64,000 bases of DNA, from assembly GCA_016793095.1 (NCBI GenBank), contig JAEUJQ010000037.1:76244-140243 (forward strand). The letters are read 5' to 3'. Numbering within the stretch: the first letter of the stretch is position 1; each line of letters begins with the position of its first letter. The position numbers and the translations under genes were made by a program. The stretch is from Myxococcaceae bacterium (GTDB lineage: Bacteria > Myxococcota > Myxococcia > Myxococcales > Myxococcaceae). A model generated the notes under the pieces. The model worked only from the letters and a program-made list of their open reading frames with translations. It did not search any database and was not told the DNA's origin. Shown here in pieces: positions 17,965-27,652 of the stretch.

Positions 17965-20900
17965 ATGAAGACACGATACACGCTGATGCCCGGGCTCATC
18001 GCCCTCTGCGCCTGCAGCACCCTGCCGCCGTCCTCGGAACCGAAAGGCGCCGATGCGACGCTCACCTTGAACGTCCCTCAACGCGTCATCGCCTCGGCCG
18101 ACGCGCCTGCCCGCTTCACGGTGCTGGTGTCCGGCAGCGCGGAGCCCGTCCGGCTCACCATCGAAGGCGCGCCGGCTGGCGTGACGACCCAGCTCGACCA
18201 GCCAGAGACGACGACGTCGTCGGTGGTGACGGTGAAGGTCGAAGCCGGCACCTCGCCGATGACGGCGGAGCTGACGGTGCGCGCGACGGTCGGCACCGTG
18301 GAGGCGAAGAAGAGCGTGCGTCTCGACGTCGTGGGCGCGCCGAAGCTGCCCACCCGCGCCCCCGAGATCAGCGTCACGCTCGACCAGCTCTTCTACGCCG
18401 CGGGCCAGCGCGTGGAAGCCGTCGTGGACTTCGGCGCCCTCACCCCGCCCTCGACGGTGACCCTCTTCCTGTCTTCGACGGACTCGCGGGACGCGGAGCG
18501 ACTCGTGCTCGAGCGCGGGCCGGGCAACACCTTCCGGACGGCGGCGGGTGTGCCGACGTCCGCGCTCACGACGGGTGAGGGCGCGCCAAACGACGGCACG
18601 CTGCAGCTCCACCCGGGCGACAGCTTCTACGCGCTGTACTTCGTCGACCCCTCGCTCCCGAACCTCGAGGTCGGGCTCGTGTCCGACCTCGCGTTCCTCG
18701 ACGGCCCAGCGCGCGCCGAGACCCCGACCCACCTCGACAGCCGGCTCGCCCTGACGCCCGACGAGGCCTCGGCGATGAGGCCCATCGCGACGCTGCTGCG
18801 CAAGAACGAGCTGCCGCTGCAGCTCGCCGCTCGGGAGCTCATCGCCACCCCGTCCAGTCAGCGAGAGCTCGACCGCATCGTCGCCCTCACCGGTGGGCGC
18901 GTGGTGGATCAGCAGCCGGTGGGCCTCGACGGCACCGCCCTGGCCTACCTGCTCGAGGTGCCGACGGAGCGGGTGACCGCCGAGCGGCTCAGCATCATGC
19001 GGCACTTCGTCGGCGAGCTCGGCGAGCTCGCGTCCAGTCGCCCTGAAGGCCTCGGCGTGTACGCCCTGGCTCTGGCCGCGCGCCTCGAGGGGCTGCCAGT
19101 CACCGTCAACCCCAGGCTCGGCAGCCACGCGGCGCCCACCACCATCGAGGGTGAGCCGCCCAGCGACAACATGAGGGCGCTGGGCCGCGCCGGAGACACG
19201 GGCCCCTGCCTGCCAGGCGCCGACGCCGGCAACCCCTGCGTGCGGAACGCGCCGGCTCTGTGGACGTGGCTGTCGCTCATGGACCGGGACACCGAGCGGG
19301 TGCGCGTCGGCGTGCTCGACTACGGCTTCGCGCCGAACGCGGACTTCCGCCCGGACGCGGACGGTGGCTTTCGTGAGTGTGACATGACGGGCGGCGCAGC
19401 ACGGTGTGCCCCGGGGGCAGCGCGGGCGGCGCCGAACGCGGGCGCCTTCGGCGGCGACCGGGTGTGGCACGGCACCGGCTCGGTGACGGCGCTCGGCGGG
19501 GTGGTGAACGACGGCTTCGGCGGCGCTGGCACGGGTGGCCAGGTCGCGGTGCCGATGATGTACCGGTACGACAACCTCAACTTCGTCTTCAACATCGGCC
19601 GGGGCGTGCGACAGGCAGTGAACGACGGCGCGTCGGTCATCAACATCAGCGCCGGCTACCCGTGCAGCGTCGCGGTGAACGTCGGCCCCGACCTCGACCT
19701 CTGCACCGTCGCGGGCCGCGCTGCCATCTGCGCGGTGGTGAGCTTCGGAGTGCTGGGCGCCGCAGCCCTCGTCTGCCAGATCGACCCGCTCCTCTCGTGC
19801 GCGGTCGCCAACGGCATCGCGGCGACGGCAGTGACGGCGTGCGTGGGTACGCTCCAGACGAGCTTCGCGCTGGGAGACCCGCGCGACCCGATGCGCTCGG
19901 GCATCGTCTACGCGAAGAGCCGCGGCGTGCCGGTGGTGGTGTCGGCGGGCAACGCCTACCCGAGCAGCGTGCTGCCCGACGTGATTCGCGACTACGTCAA
20001 CCTGAACGACCGCAACACCAGCCGCTGGGGCGTGGTGCCCGCCTCGTTCCCTGAGGTCATCACGGTGGGCGCCGTCAACACCGCCCTCGACAACCAGGAG
20101 TTCCTCGGGCCCCGCGTCGACGTCTGGGCGCCCATCTTCACGCGCTACGCCCGGCCCTCGACTGACGACCCGGCGTCGGCGACGGTGTTCGACACCTTCA
20201 GCGGCACCTCGGACGCGGCGCCCTACACCACCGGCGTCGTGGCCGCGATGCAGGCCGCGAACCCGCGCCTCAACCCTGCCACCACGACGCTCACGGCCGA
20301 GGAGCGGCGCACCCTCACCGAGCGGGTGAAGGCGCTGTTGCGGGACACCGCGTGGACGAACAGCCAGCTCGTCTCGTACGGCTATCAGCACCAGCCGACC
20401 GAGCGCCCCCGGCTGCTCAACCCCCTCGGCGCGGTGAAGGCGGCCGCTCGAGGCGCGCTGCCCGACCTGCTGGCCCTGGGGTACGACGACCAGCTCAACT
20501 TCGAGGAGCACACCACCGTCGATGACCTGCCGTCCCAGGCGCGCGTCATCTCGGTCGGCTCGTGGGTGACCGGGTCCATCGTGGGCATCCCTGCCGTGCG
20601 CCTCGCCTCACCGCCGACCGATGTCGACTCTTTCCGGGTGCGGGGCGTGACGTCCGGGCGGGAGATGGTCTCGCAGGAGCTGCGCCTGCGGGTGCTGGCG
20701 GGCGTCACCGAGCTGCCGGTGCTCGTCGTCGATCGCGCCCTCGTGCAGTTCGAGCGTGTGTCCACGACGCGGCTGGGCGACGCCGAGTGGGAGCTCGTGT
20801 ACCGCTTCTTCACCCGCGAGCCGGACCTGACGTTCGGCGTGACGGCGGCGCCAGGCGACGACTTCGCCTACCGGCTGCGGCTCGAACCACCGGTGCGCGC

Positions 20901-21510
20901 GACGCCGTCGGTCCGAATCACTGAGCCTGCGGTGGCGATGTCGCGGATCTGCGTCGGTCAGTCGTTCGCGCTCAACGGCCGCGTCTCGTACCCGCCCACC
21001 ACTTTCACCGAGACGATGGGGCGCTGGCTCATCGATGGCGTCGTGGTGCGGAACACCGCCGACCGCTTCACGCCCACCTTCACCACCGCCGGTCTGCGCC
21101 GGATCGTCCTCGAGAGCGGAGGGGCCATGGACTCCATCACCGTCGAGGCGGTCCCGTGCTCGGTGTTCGTACGCATGGCAACTCCGGGCGGGAACGTCGC
21201 GGACTATCCATCGGGCTCGAACTCGTATTTGAGCGTGCCCCTGGGAGGGGAGCTGCGGGACGTGTCGGGCAACCTCTTGCCGACGGCGGGCTACACGTTC
21301 GAGTGGGTGACGGATCGCGCCGACGCGCAGCCGGGTGGACCGACGTCAGGGACCCAGGTCGTCGCGACGGGCAGCAGCGCCACGGGCCTCTTCTACGCGG
21401 TGCCGGGCGAAGCGGCGACCGAGCACCGGCTCGTCCTCATCGTCCGGCAGGGCGGCGTCGAGGTCGGTCGCTCGATCACGCGCCTCATCACCGTGCTGCA
21501 GCTCATCTGA
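17965..21510 (+). CDS. Subtilisin-like (S8) serine protease lipoprotein, 1181 aa
   Basis: Lipoprotein signal MKTRYTLMPGLIALCAC. S8 catalytic motifs HGTGS and GTSDAAPYTTG. GGAG RBS. Confidence 0.9.
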   Translation: MKTRYTLMPGLIALCACSTLPPSSEPKGADATLTLNVPQRVIASADAPARFTVLVSGSAEPVRLTIEGAPAGVTTQLDQPETTTSSVVTVKVEAGTSPMTAELTVRATVGTVEAKKSVRLDVVGAPKLPTRAPEISVTLDQLFYAAGQRVEAVVDFGALTPPSTVTLFLSSTDSRDAERLVLERGPGNTFRTAAGVPTSALTTGEGAPNDGTLQLHPGDSFYALYFVDPSLPNLEVGLVSDLAFLDGPARAETPTHLDSRLALTPDEASAMRPIATLLRKNELPLQLAARELIATPSSQRELDRIVALTGGRVVDQQPVGLDGTALAYLLEVPTERVTAERLSIMRHFVGELGELASSRPEGLGVYALALAARLEGLPVTVNPRLGSHAAPTTIEGEPPSDNMRALGRAGDTGPCLPGADAGNPCVRNAPALWTWLSLMDRDTERVRVGVLDYGFAPNADFRPDADGGFRECDMTGGAARCAPGAARAAPNAGAFGGDRVWHGTGSVTALGGVVNDGFGGAGTGGQVAVPMMYRYDNLNFVFNIGRGVRQAVNDGASVINISAGYPCSVAVNVGPDLDLCTVAGRAAICAVVSFGVLGAAALVCQIDPLLSCAVANGIAATAVTACVGTLQTSFALGDPRDPMRSGIVYAKSRGVPVVVSAGNAYPSSVLPDVIRDYVNLNDRNTSRWGVVPASFPEVITVGAVNTALDNQEFLGPRVDVWAPIFTRYARPSTDDPASATVFDTFSGTSDAAPYTTGVVAAMQAANPRLNPATTTLTAEERRTLTERVKALLRDTAWTNSQLVSYGYQHQPTERPRLLNPLGAVKAAARGALPDLLALGYDDQLNFEEHTTVDDLPSQARVISVGSWVTGSIVGIPAVRLASPPTDVDSFRVRGVTSGREMVSQELRLRVLAGVTELPVLVVDRALVQFERVSTTRLGDAEWELVYRFFTREPDLTFGVTAAPGDDFAYRLRLEPPVRATPSVRITEPAVAMSRICVGQSFALNGRVSYPPTTFTETMGRWLIDGVVVRNTADRFTPTFTTAGLRRIVLESGGAMDSITVEAVPCSVFVRMATPGGNVADYPSGSNSYLSVPLGGELRDVSGNLLPTAGYTFEWVTDRADAQPGGPTSGTQVVATGSSATGLFYAVPGEAATEHRLVLIVRQGGVEVGRSITRLITVLQLI

Positions 21511-21582
21511 TGGCTCCGAGCGCGCTGGCGGCGACCTCGTCGTGCGTGGTGAGCCGACCACGCCCGTGAGAGAGTCGCCGCC

Positions 21583-24456
21583 GTGCGCGCCGACGTGTCG
21601 GTCCAGCTGGTGAACCCACCCGCGGCCCCGCCTCCCGGGTCGTCGCCGCGGGCGCTGGGCCAGGGTCGCCTCGTGACCGCGTCGGGCTGGGAGGTGCCGA
21701 CGCTGAAGGACCCGCGGCTTCCGTTCGGCCTGCTGCTCTTCTCGTACGCCGTCGCGGGCTTCACCTTCCTCGGCTTCAACCGGCAGTGGTGGCAGATGGC
21801 CATCATCATGGGCAGCGCGTCGCTGCTCGAGGTGGCGCTGAGCTGGCTGCTGCACCGGCGGAAGATCGTCCCCGTCTCGGCCTTCATCACGAGCTGCTCG
21901 CTCGCCATCCTCCTCAACTACTCGCACCACTCGTGGGTGCTGCTGTTCCCCGTCTTCCTCGCCATCGGCTCGAAGTACGTGCTCACCGTCGAGGGCCGGC
22001 ACGTCTTCAACCCCGCCATGTTCGGCGTGGCGGTCTCGCTGCTCGTCTCGCGCGAGTGGATCACCGCGGCGCCGGCCTACCAGTGGGCCGGTGGTGACGT
22101 GACCATCAGCGTCTTCATCGCCACCGCCGCGCTCATGCTCTTCCTCTTCCGCGTGGGGCGCGGGCCGCTGGTGGTGAGCTTCCTCGTGCTCTACGCCCTG
22201 CAGACGGCGCTGCGCGCGTACATCATGCGGCACCACCTGCCGTGGCAGACGCTCTTCTTCGGCACCCTCGAGTCGCCGCCCTTCTACCTCTTCACGTTCT
22301 ACATGATCACCGACCCGGCCACGTCGCCGGCCGGCACACGCGGCCAGGTGCTGGTCGCCCTCGCGCTCGTCGTCATCGACGGCGTGCTGCACTTCAAGGA
22401 GAGCGTCTACACGTTCTTCTACGCGGCGCTGACCGTGGGCGTGGTGCGCTTCCTGTGGGCGCACGGCGCGCTGCTGGTGAAGGGTGGCGCGGCCCGGCTC
22501 GCGCGGCTCTTCGACCGGGACTCCTTCCTGCGCGTGGGCGCCGTCGGGGGCCTCGGCGTCGGGCTGCTCACCGCGTGGACGACCGTGCTCGCGCCGCTCG
22601 ACGCGCCGGCCGACGTGGGCTTCCGCTTCGAGCGGGTGGACGTGAAGCAGGCGGGGCTGCACTCCGAGCTGGGCACGACGCTGACCGAGGTCGACCCGCG
22701 CCTGCGCCACGTCGCCAAGTGGGTGCTCTCGGTGGGCGACGCCATCGTGACCGGCGACGTGGACGGAGACGGCTTCACCGACGTGCTGCTGACGCACCCG
22801 CTCGCGACCGCGAAGGACCGCGTCGGGCTGTACCGGAACCGGGGGGACTTCACGTTCGAGCGGCTGCCCCTTCCGGCGCTCGAGCCCTTGATGAACGACC
22901 CGAAGACGCACGGGCTCGCGAGCGGCGGCGTCTTCATCGACGACGACGGGGACGGCGATCAGGACCTGCTCCTCACCGTGGCGTTCGGCAAGACGCGCCT
23001 CCTGCGCAACCGCCTGAAGGAGACCGGCGCGCTCTCGTTCGAGGACGTGTCGCTGGCAGCGGGCCTCGACGCGCACACCGTGTCACTCGCGGCGACCTTC
23101 TTCGACTTCGACCAGGACGGCGTGCTCGACCTGCTCGTCACCAACGCGCTCACCACGCACCTGCCGGACTACGAGGCGCCGACGCCCCTCAACGTCTTCG
23201 CCTTGCCGCCGCCGGCCTCCGAGGGCGACCGCCGCATGTTCCGCTTCATGCACAACGGGTGGCACGACGCCGACAACGGCGGGGTGAACCACCTCTACCG
23301 GGGCCGCGGGGACGGCTCCTACGAGCGCCTCGACGAGAAGACCTGGGGCCTGCCCGAGACCCACTGGACGCTGGCCGTCGGCACCCAGGACTTCAACCAC
23401 GACGGCTTCACCGACCTCTACCTCGCCAGCGACTTCGGCCCCGACGACGTCTACCTGAACGAGGGCGGCCGCCACTTCCGCCGCATCGCGGGGCCGCGCT
23501 TCGGCGACGTCGGCAAGGACACCTACAAGGGCATGAACGTCTCCATCGCCGACTTCGATCGCGACGGCTTCTCCGACGTCACCGTCTCGAACGTGCACCA
23601 CGCGCTGCAGTCCGAGGGCAGCCTGCTGTGGATGGTGCGGCCCTCGAAGAGCGACCCCTTCGTGCCGACCTTCACCGACGAGGCGACGCAGCGGGGCATG
23701 TTGAACGAGCGGCGCTTCGGCTGGGGCGCGGCGGCGGGCGACCTCGACCTCGACGGCTGGGACGACCTCGTGCAGGCGAACGGCATGGTGGACACGCGCC
23801 TCGACCCCGAGCTCCTGACGCCGAGCCGCGAAGGCTTCGAGTGGCCCTGGAACAAGGGGCGCACCGACTACTGGTACGTGAACCAGAAGCTCATGCAGTC
23901 GGGGCCAGACATTCACACGTACGCCGACCGCTGGGGCGACATCCGCGGGCGCCACATCTACGCGAACGAGGCGCGGCGCGCGTACCTGAACCTCGGCCCC
24001 GGCAAGCCCGGCCAGTTCGTCGACGCGGCGAAGGCCCTCGGCGTGGACGACCCGGACAACTCCCGCGGGGTCTTGCTCGCCGACTTCGATCGCGACGGAG
24101 ACCTGGACCTGCTCATCAGCAACCAGCACGGCCCGGCGTCGCTCTACCGCAGCACGCTGCGCTCGAAGCCTGCTCGGCCGCACTTCGTCGCGCTCGAGCT
24201 GCACGGAGCCAGCGGCAACGGGGCGGCGGTGGGCGCGGTGGTGACGGTGAGCGCGACCGTCGAGGGACGTCCACTGACTCAGCGGCGTGAGGTGCAGCTC
24301 ATGGCCGGCTTCGCGGCGCAGGCCGAGCGGCGCCTCCTCTTCGGGCTCGGTGACACGGGTGAGCGACAGGTCGAGGTCACCGTGCAGTGGCCACGCGGCG
24401 ACCGTCGTTCCCTGCGGCTCGACGTCGATGCGCTCCACGTGGTGCGCGAGGAGTAG
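21583..24456 (+). CDS. Polytopic membrane domain fused to FG-GAP/VCBS repeats and a C-terminal ASPIC/UnbV domain (CRTAC1-like)
   Basis: About eight N-terminal TM helices with an RnfD/NqrB-like FNPAMFG motif. Repeated DxDGDGxxD FG-GAP loops. C-terminal LMAGFAAQAERRLLFGLGD (UnbV/ASPIC). GTG start. Confidence 0.85.
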   Translation: MRADVSVQLVNPPAAPPPGSSPRALGQGRLVTASGWEVPTLKDPRLPFGLLLFSYAVAGFTFLGFNRQWWQMAIIMGSASLLEVALSWLLHRRKIVPVSAFITSCSLAILLNYSHHSWVLLFPVFLAIGSKYVLTVEGRHVFNPAMFGVAVSLLVSREWITAAPAYQWAGGDVTISVFIATAALMLFLFRVGRGPLVVSFLVLYALQTALRAYIMRHHLPWQTLFFGTLESPPFYLFTFYMITDPATSPAGTRGQVLVALALVVIDGVLHFKESVYTFFYAALTVGVVRFLWAHGALLVKGGAARLARLFDRDSFLRVGAVGGLGVGLLTAWTTVLAPLDAPADVGFRFERVDVKQAGLHSELGTTLTEVDPRLRHVAKWVLSVGDAIVTGDVDGDGFTDVLLTHPLATAKDRVGLYRNRGDFTFERLPLPALEPLMNDPKTHGLASGGVFIDDDGDGDQDLLLTVAFGKTRLLRNRLKETGALSFEDVSLAAGLDAHTVSLAATFFDFDQDGVLDLLVTNALTTHLPDYEAPTPLNVFALPPPASEGDRRMFRFMHNGWHDADNGGVNHLYRGRGDGSYERLDEKTWGLPETHWTLAVGTQDFNHDGFTDLYLASDFGPDDVYLNEGGRHFRRIAGPRFGDVGKDTYKGMNVSIADFDRDGFSDVTVSNVHHALQSEGSLLWMVRPSKSDPFVPTFTDEATQRGMLNERRFGWGAAAGDLDLDGWDDLVQANGMVDTRLDPELLTPSREGFEWPWNKGRTDYWYVNQKLMQSGPDIHTYADRWGDIRGRHIYANEARRAYLNLGPGKPGQFVDAAKALGVDDPDNSRGVLLADFDRDGDLDLLISNQHGPASLYRSTLRSKPARPHFVALELHGASGNGAAVGAVVTVSATVEGRPLTQRREVQLMAGFAAQAERRLLFGLGDTGERQVEVTVQWPRGDRRSLRLDVDALHVVREE

Positions 24457-24810
24457 AGGCCCTCACTGCGCCGTGCACGCGAACCATGCGTCGAGGCCGA
24501 CGTTGTACGGCCCGGGCGGGTTGAAGCTGCTGAGCACGGGCGACGGGCTGACGGAGTCGATCGCCTCGTTCGGTCCTCACACCGTCTTGTCGCAGACGAC
24601 GGTGTGGCGTCGTCGCGACCTTCCCTCTTCGGACAACCCGCTGGGACGGTGCGCCGCCGGCGCAGAAGTCCTCGGAGCCGCGCGAAGATTGCGCCTCGTC
24701 ACCGCTCAACCGTCCGCGCCCGCGCGGTGGCGACAGGCATCGCAGATGCAGCTTCCGCCCTGCCCTGCGCGCGTCGCGCAGCACGCTTCATCATGATCAA
24801 GAGGCACGCC

Positions 24811-25641
24811 ATGACTCTGCATCGCGCATTCCTCGCCCTGGCCCTCCTTGGTGCCGGCGCTGCATTCGCGGCCGACAAAGAGAAGGCCGGCTGCAAGGAC
24901 TACCCGGTCTTCCCCACCCGCATGCCGGACTACTTCCTCATCGACTGCCAGATGCGCGAGTTCGACAAGTTCGAGTTCCAGACAGGGAAGCGCGAGAAGA
25001 ACCGCGTCGAGGGCAAGTTCACGATGCTGAAGTACCAGATCGGCGAGAAGAAGACGCAGCAGAGCGGCCTCGCCATCACCCGCAACTACGAGAACGCGAT
25101 CAAGCAGCTGGGCGGCACCATCGCCGCCAGCGACCCGGACCGCTGGGTCAACGGCAGCGTGAAGGTGGACGGTAAGGAGATCTGGGTCGAGGTCTACAAG
25201 GGCAACGGCTTCTACACGCTCAACATCATCGAGAAGCAGGCCATGGAGCAGCACATCGTCGCCGACGCCGCGTCACTCACCGCCGACCTCGCGCGCACCG
25301 GCCACGTCACCGTGCACGGCATCTTCTTCGACACCGGAAAGACCGAGCTCAAGGCCGAGTCGAAGGCCGCGCTCGACGAGGTCGCGAAGCTGCTCAAGGC
25401 CGACGCCGCGCTGAAGCTGTGGGTCGTGGGGCACACGGACTCGGTGGGCTCCGTCGATGACAACATGAAGCTCGCCCAGGGCCGCGCCGAGGCAGTGGTG
25501 AGCTCCCTCGTCAGCGCGCACGGCATCGCGGCGGCGCGGCTCAAGGGGTACGGCGTGGGGCCGCTCGCGCCCATCTCGAGCAACGACGCCGAAGACGGCC
25601 GCGGGAGGAACCGGCGCGTCGAGCTCGTGAAGCAGCCCTGA
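24811..25641 (+). CDS. OmpA family protein
   Basis: Signal peptide MTLHRAFLALALLGAGAAFA, AAGAGG RBS. OmpA C-terminal domain (GHTDSVGSVDDNMKLAQGRAEAV, NRRVELV). Confidence 0.85.
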   Translation: MTLHRAFLALALLGAGAAFAADKEKAGCKDYPVFPTRMPDYFLIDCQMREFDKFEFQTGKREKNRVEGKFTMLKYQIGEKKTQQSGLAITRNYENAIKQLGGTIAASDPDRWVNGSVKVDGKEIWVEVYKGNGFYTLNIIEKQAMEQHIVADAASLTADLARTGHVTVHGIFFDTGKTELKAESKAALDEVAKLLKADAALKLWVVGHTDSVGSVDDNMKLAQGRAEAVVSSLVSAHGIAAARLKGYGVGPLAPISSNDAEDGRGRNRRVELVKQP

Positions 25642-25681
25642 CGCACCAGCAGCGCACGCGCCCGGTGTAGAACGAGCCGCG

Positions 25682-27643
25682 GTGATCCTCTGCTGCCAGC
25701 AGTGCCAGACCAGGTTCGACCTCGCAGACGCGCTCGCCACGCCCGGCACTGCGGTGCAGTGCAGCCGGTGCGGACAGCTCTGGACCCTGGCCGCGACCGT
25801 CATCTTCAACTGCCGTCATTGCCGGCTGAGCCAGCCCTTCCAGCGCAGCGCCCCTGGAGCCGATGACTGGGCGTGCACGCGCTGCGGCACCCTGCTGCAA
25901 CCAGGCGGCGCGGTGCGTCGTCCGCCAGCCGAGCCGCCAGCACGGGCGCCGGTGAACACGGGGCGGGTCATGATCTTTGGCGCACCGGCGGGCCAGGTCA
26001 ACGCGCCGGCCCCCAATCCCCGGTCGCAGATGATGGTGTTCGGTGAGCCGCGCGCGAACGCGATGATGTTCGGCTCGCCAGCCCACACCGGACCGCCGCC
26101 GCCCGAGCCCGTCATCGCGCCGTGCGAGACGTGCGGTGAGCTTCGCCTCGAGCGAGGCCCCGCGCCGCTGGGCCTCGTCTTTCACGGCTGCGGTCGCTGC
26201 GCCCACACCGTCCTCGACAAGGTGCACGTGGCGGCCCAGCGGGCGCAGGTTCGTTCGAAGGGTTACCGGCCAGGCAGCCGCTGCCCCATCTGCGAGACGC
26301 GCGCCCTCGTCGAAGAGCCGCAGACGGGCGAGCGCCCACGGCAGTACCGCTGCACTGCCTGCGACGCGGCGTTCCCGTTCGGCGCCCTGCCGGTGCCCGA
26401 CCAGCCCGGGCCACGCACGCGCCCTGCGCGCTGGGCGAACTGCAGCGACTGCAGCTCCACCGTCTGGCGCCTCGGCCAGGCCCCGCGCTCGGTCCCCTCG
26501 TCCACCTGCGACCGCTGCGGCCGTCGGAAGTTCGACGACGTCGCCCTCGGCCACCGCCGCGCGTGGGCCCGCCAGATGACGGCGCCCCAGCGCCTCGTGT
26601 TCGGACTCGGGCCGTCGCCGTACGACTTCTGCATCGTGTGTGGCCACCAGCGCGTCATCGAGGGCCGGTGCGCAGCCTGTGGGGAGGTCTACGACGGCAA
26701 GCCGCTCGGGCCGTCTCCCGACGAGCGCTCCGAGGCGACGCTGCTCGAGCGCATCGCCGCCGCTCCCGACGACGACGCGCCCCGGCGCGTGCTCGCGGAC
26801 GTGCTGCTCGACCGTGGGGACGAGCGCGGTGAGTTCATCACCCTGCAGCTCGACGCCGAGGCGGGCCCGTTGACGGCAGCGGCGCAACAGCGGCTGGACA
26901 ACCTGCTGGTGCAGATGCGGCACCGTGCCGCCCCGCCTGGCGTCGAGCACACCGGTGTCACCTTCCGCCGTGGGTTTCCCGACGCGGTCGTGTGGCCCGG
27001 GTGGACGGACCCGCAGCACCCGGGCTGGCGGACCGTCACCGAGCTGCTCGTCCCCGCGTTCGCGCCCGACGCAGGCCGCCGCGACCTCACCCCGCTCGGC
27101 GGCCCTCCGCTCACGAGCCTGCGCCAGCTGCGAGGCGCCGGGCGCACCATCGCGGGGTTTCTCGTCGAGAACCCGCCGCCCAACCTCACGACGCTCGGGC
27201 TGTGGCTGGAGCCGCCCGTCGGCGACGGGGACCTCTCGCTGCTTCAGCGCCTGCTCGACGCGCTGCCACGGCTCAACGACCTCTCCGTCCACGAGCGAGG
27301 GCCCCAGCGCTTCGGCGCCCGCCGGTGGGGGCCCACGGTGGCCCGCCTCGTCGCGGCCCGGCTCTTCCGCCTGCGCCTGCACCTCGACGAGCTGACTCCG
27401 GGGCAGGCCCGCGAGCTCGTCGCCCGGGACGCGCCACACCTCACCCTGCAGCTCGAGCCGGAGCCGTCGATTCGCGCGCGCGCGTGGGTCGAGGTCGATG
27501 ACGAGGGGACCCGGCTCGTGCTGCGCGAGCAGGTCGAGGCGCCGCTCCTCGAGCGGGTGGCCCTCGCGCTGCGCGCCTCGGGGCTCACCGGCGTCGATGC
27601 GCTCGACCTCGCCTCAGGACAGCGGTCGCGCTGGGAGCTGTAG
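25682..27643 (+). CDS. Multi-zinc-ribbon protein with TIGR02996 repeat-companion domain
   Basis: Six CxxC...CxxC zinc-ribbon modules (the first is MJ0042-like), then LLERIAAAPDDDAPRRVLADVLLDRGDERGEFITLQ. GTG start. Confidence 0.8.
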   Translation: MILCCQQCQTRFDLADALATPGTAVQCSRCGQLWTLAATVIFNCRHCRLSQPFQRSAPGADDWACTRCGTLLQPGGAVRRPPAEPPARAPVNTGRVMIFGAPAGQVNAPAPNPRSQMMVFGEPRANAMMFGSPAHTGPPPPEPVIAPCETCGELRLERGPAPLGLVFHGCGRCAHTVLDKVHVAAQRAQVRSKGYRPGSRCPICETRALVEEPQTGERPRQYRCTACDAAFPFGALPVPDQPGPRTRPARWANCSDCSSTVWRLGQAPRSVPSSTCDRCGRRKFDDVALGHRRAWARQMTAPQRLVFGLGPSPYDFCIVCGHQRVIEGRCAACGEVYDGKPLGPSPDERSEATLLERIAAAPDDDAPRRVLADVLLDRGDERGEFITLQLDAEAGPLTAAAQQRLDNLLVQMRHRAAPPGVEHTGVTFRRGFPDAVVWPGWTDPQHPGWRTVTELLVPAFAPDAGRRDLTPLGGPPLTSLRQLRGAGRTIAGFLVENPPPNLTTLGLWLEPPVGDGDLSLLQRLLDALPRLNDLSVHERGPQRFGARRWGPTVARLVAARLFRLRLHLDELTPGQARELVARDAPHLTLQLEPEPSIRARAWVEVDDEGTRLVLREQVEAPLLERVALALRASGLTGVDALDLASGQRSRWEL

Positions 27644-27652
27644 CGTCACCCG

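Noticed and set aside
17929-20511. 860-aa minus-strand ORF
   Set aside because: Antisense to the S8 protease. Low-complexity R/G/A/V composition. The S8 frame has catalytic motifs and a lipobox.
21346-24438. ORFs 21346..23076(-), 22242..24290(+) and 23083..24438(-)
   Set aside because: Alternate frames of the CRTAC1-like gene. Arg/Gly-rich junk typical of about 70 % GC DNA.
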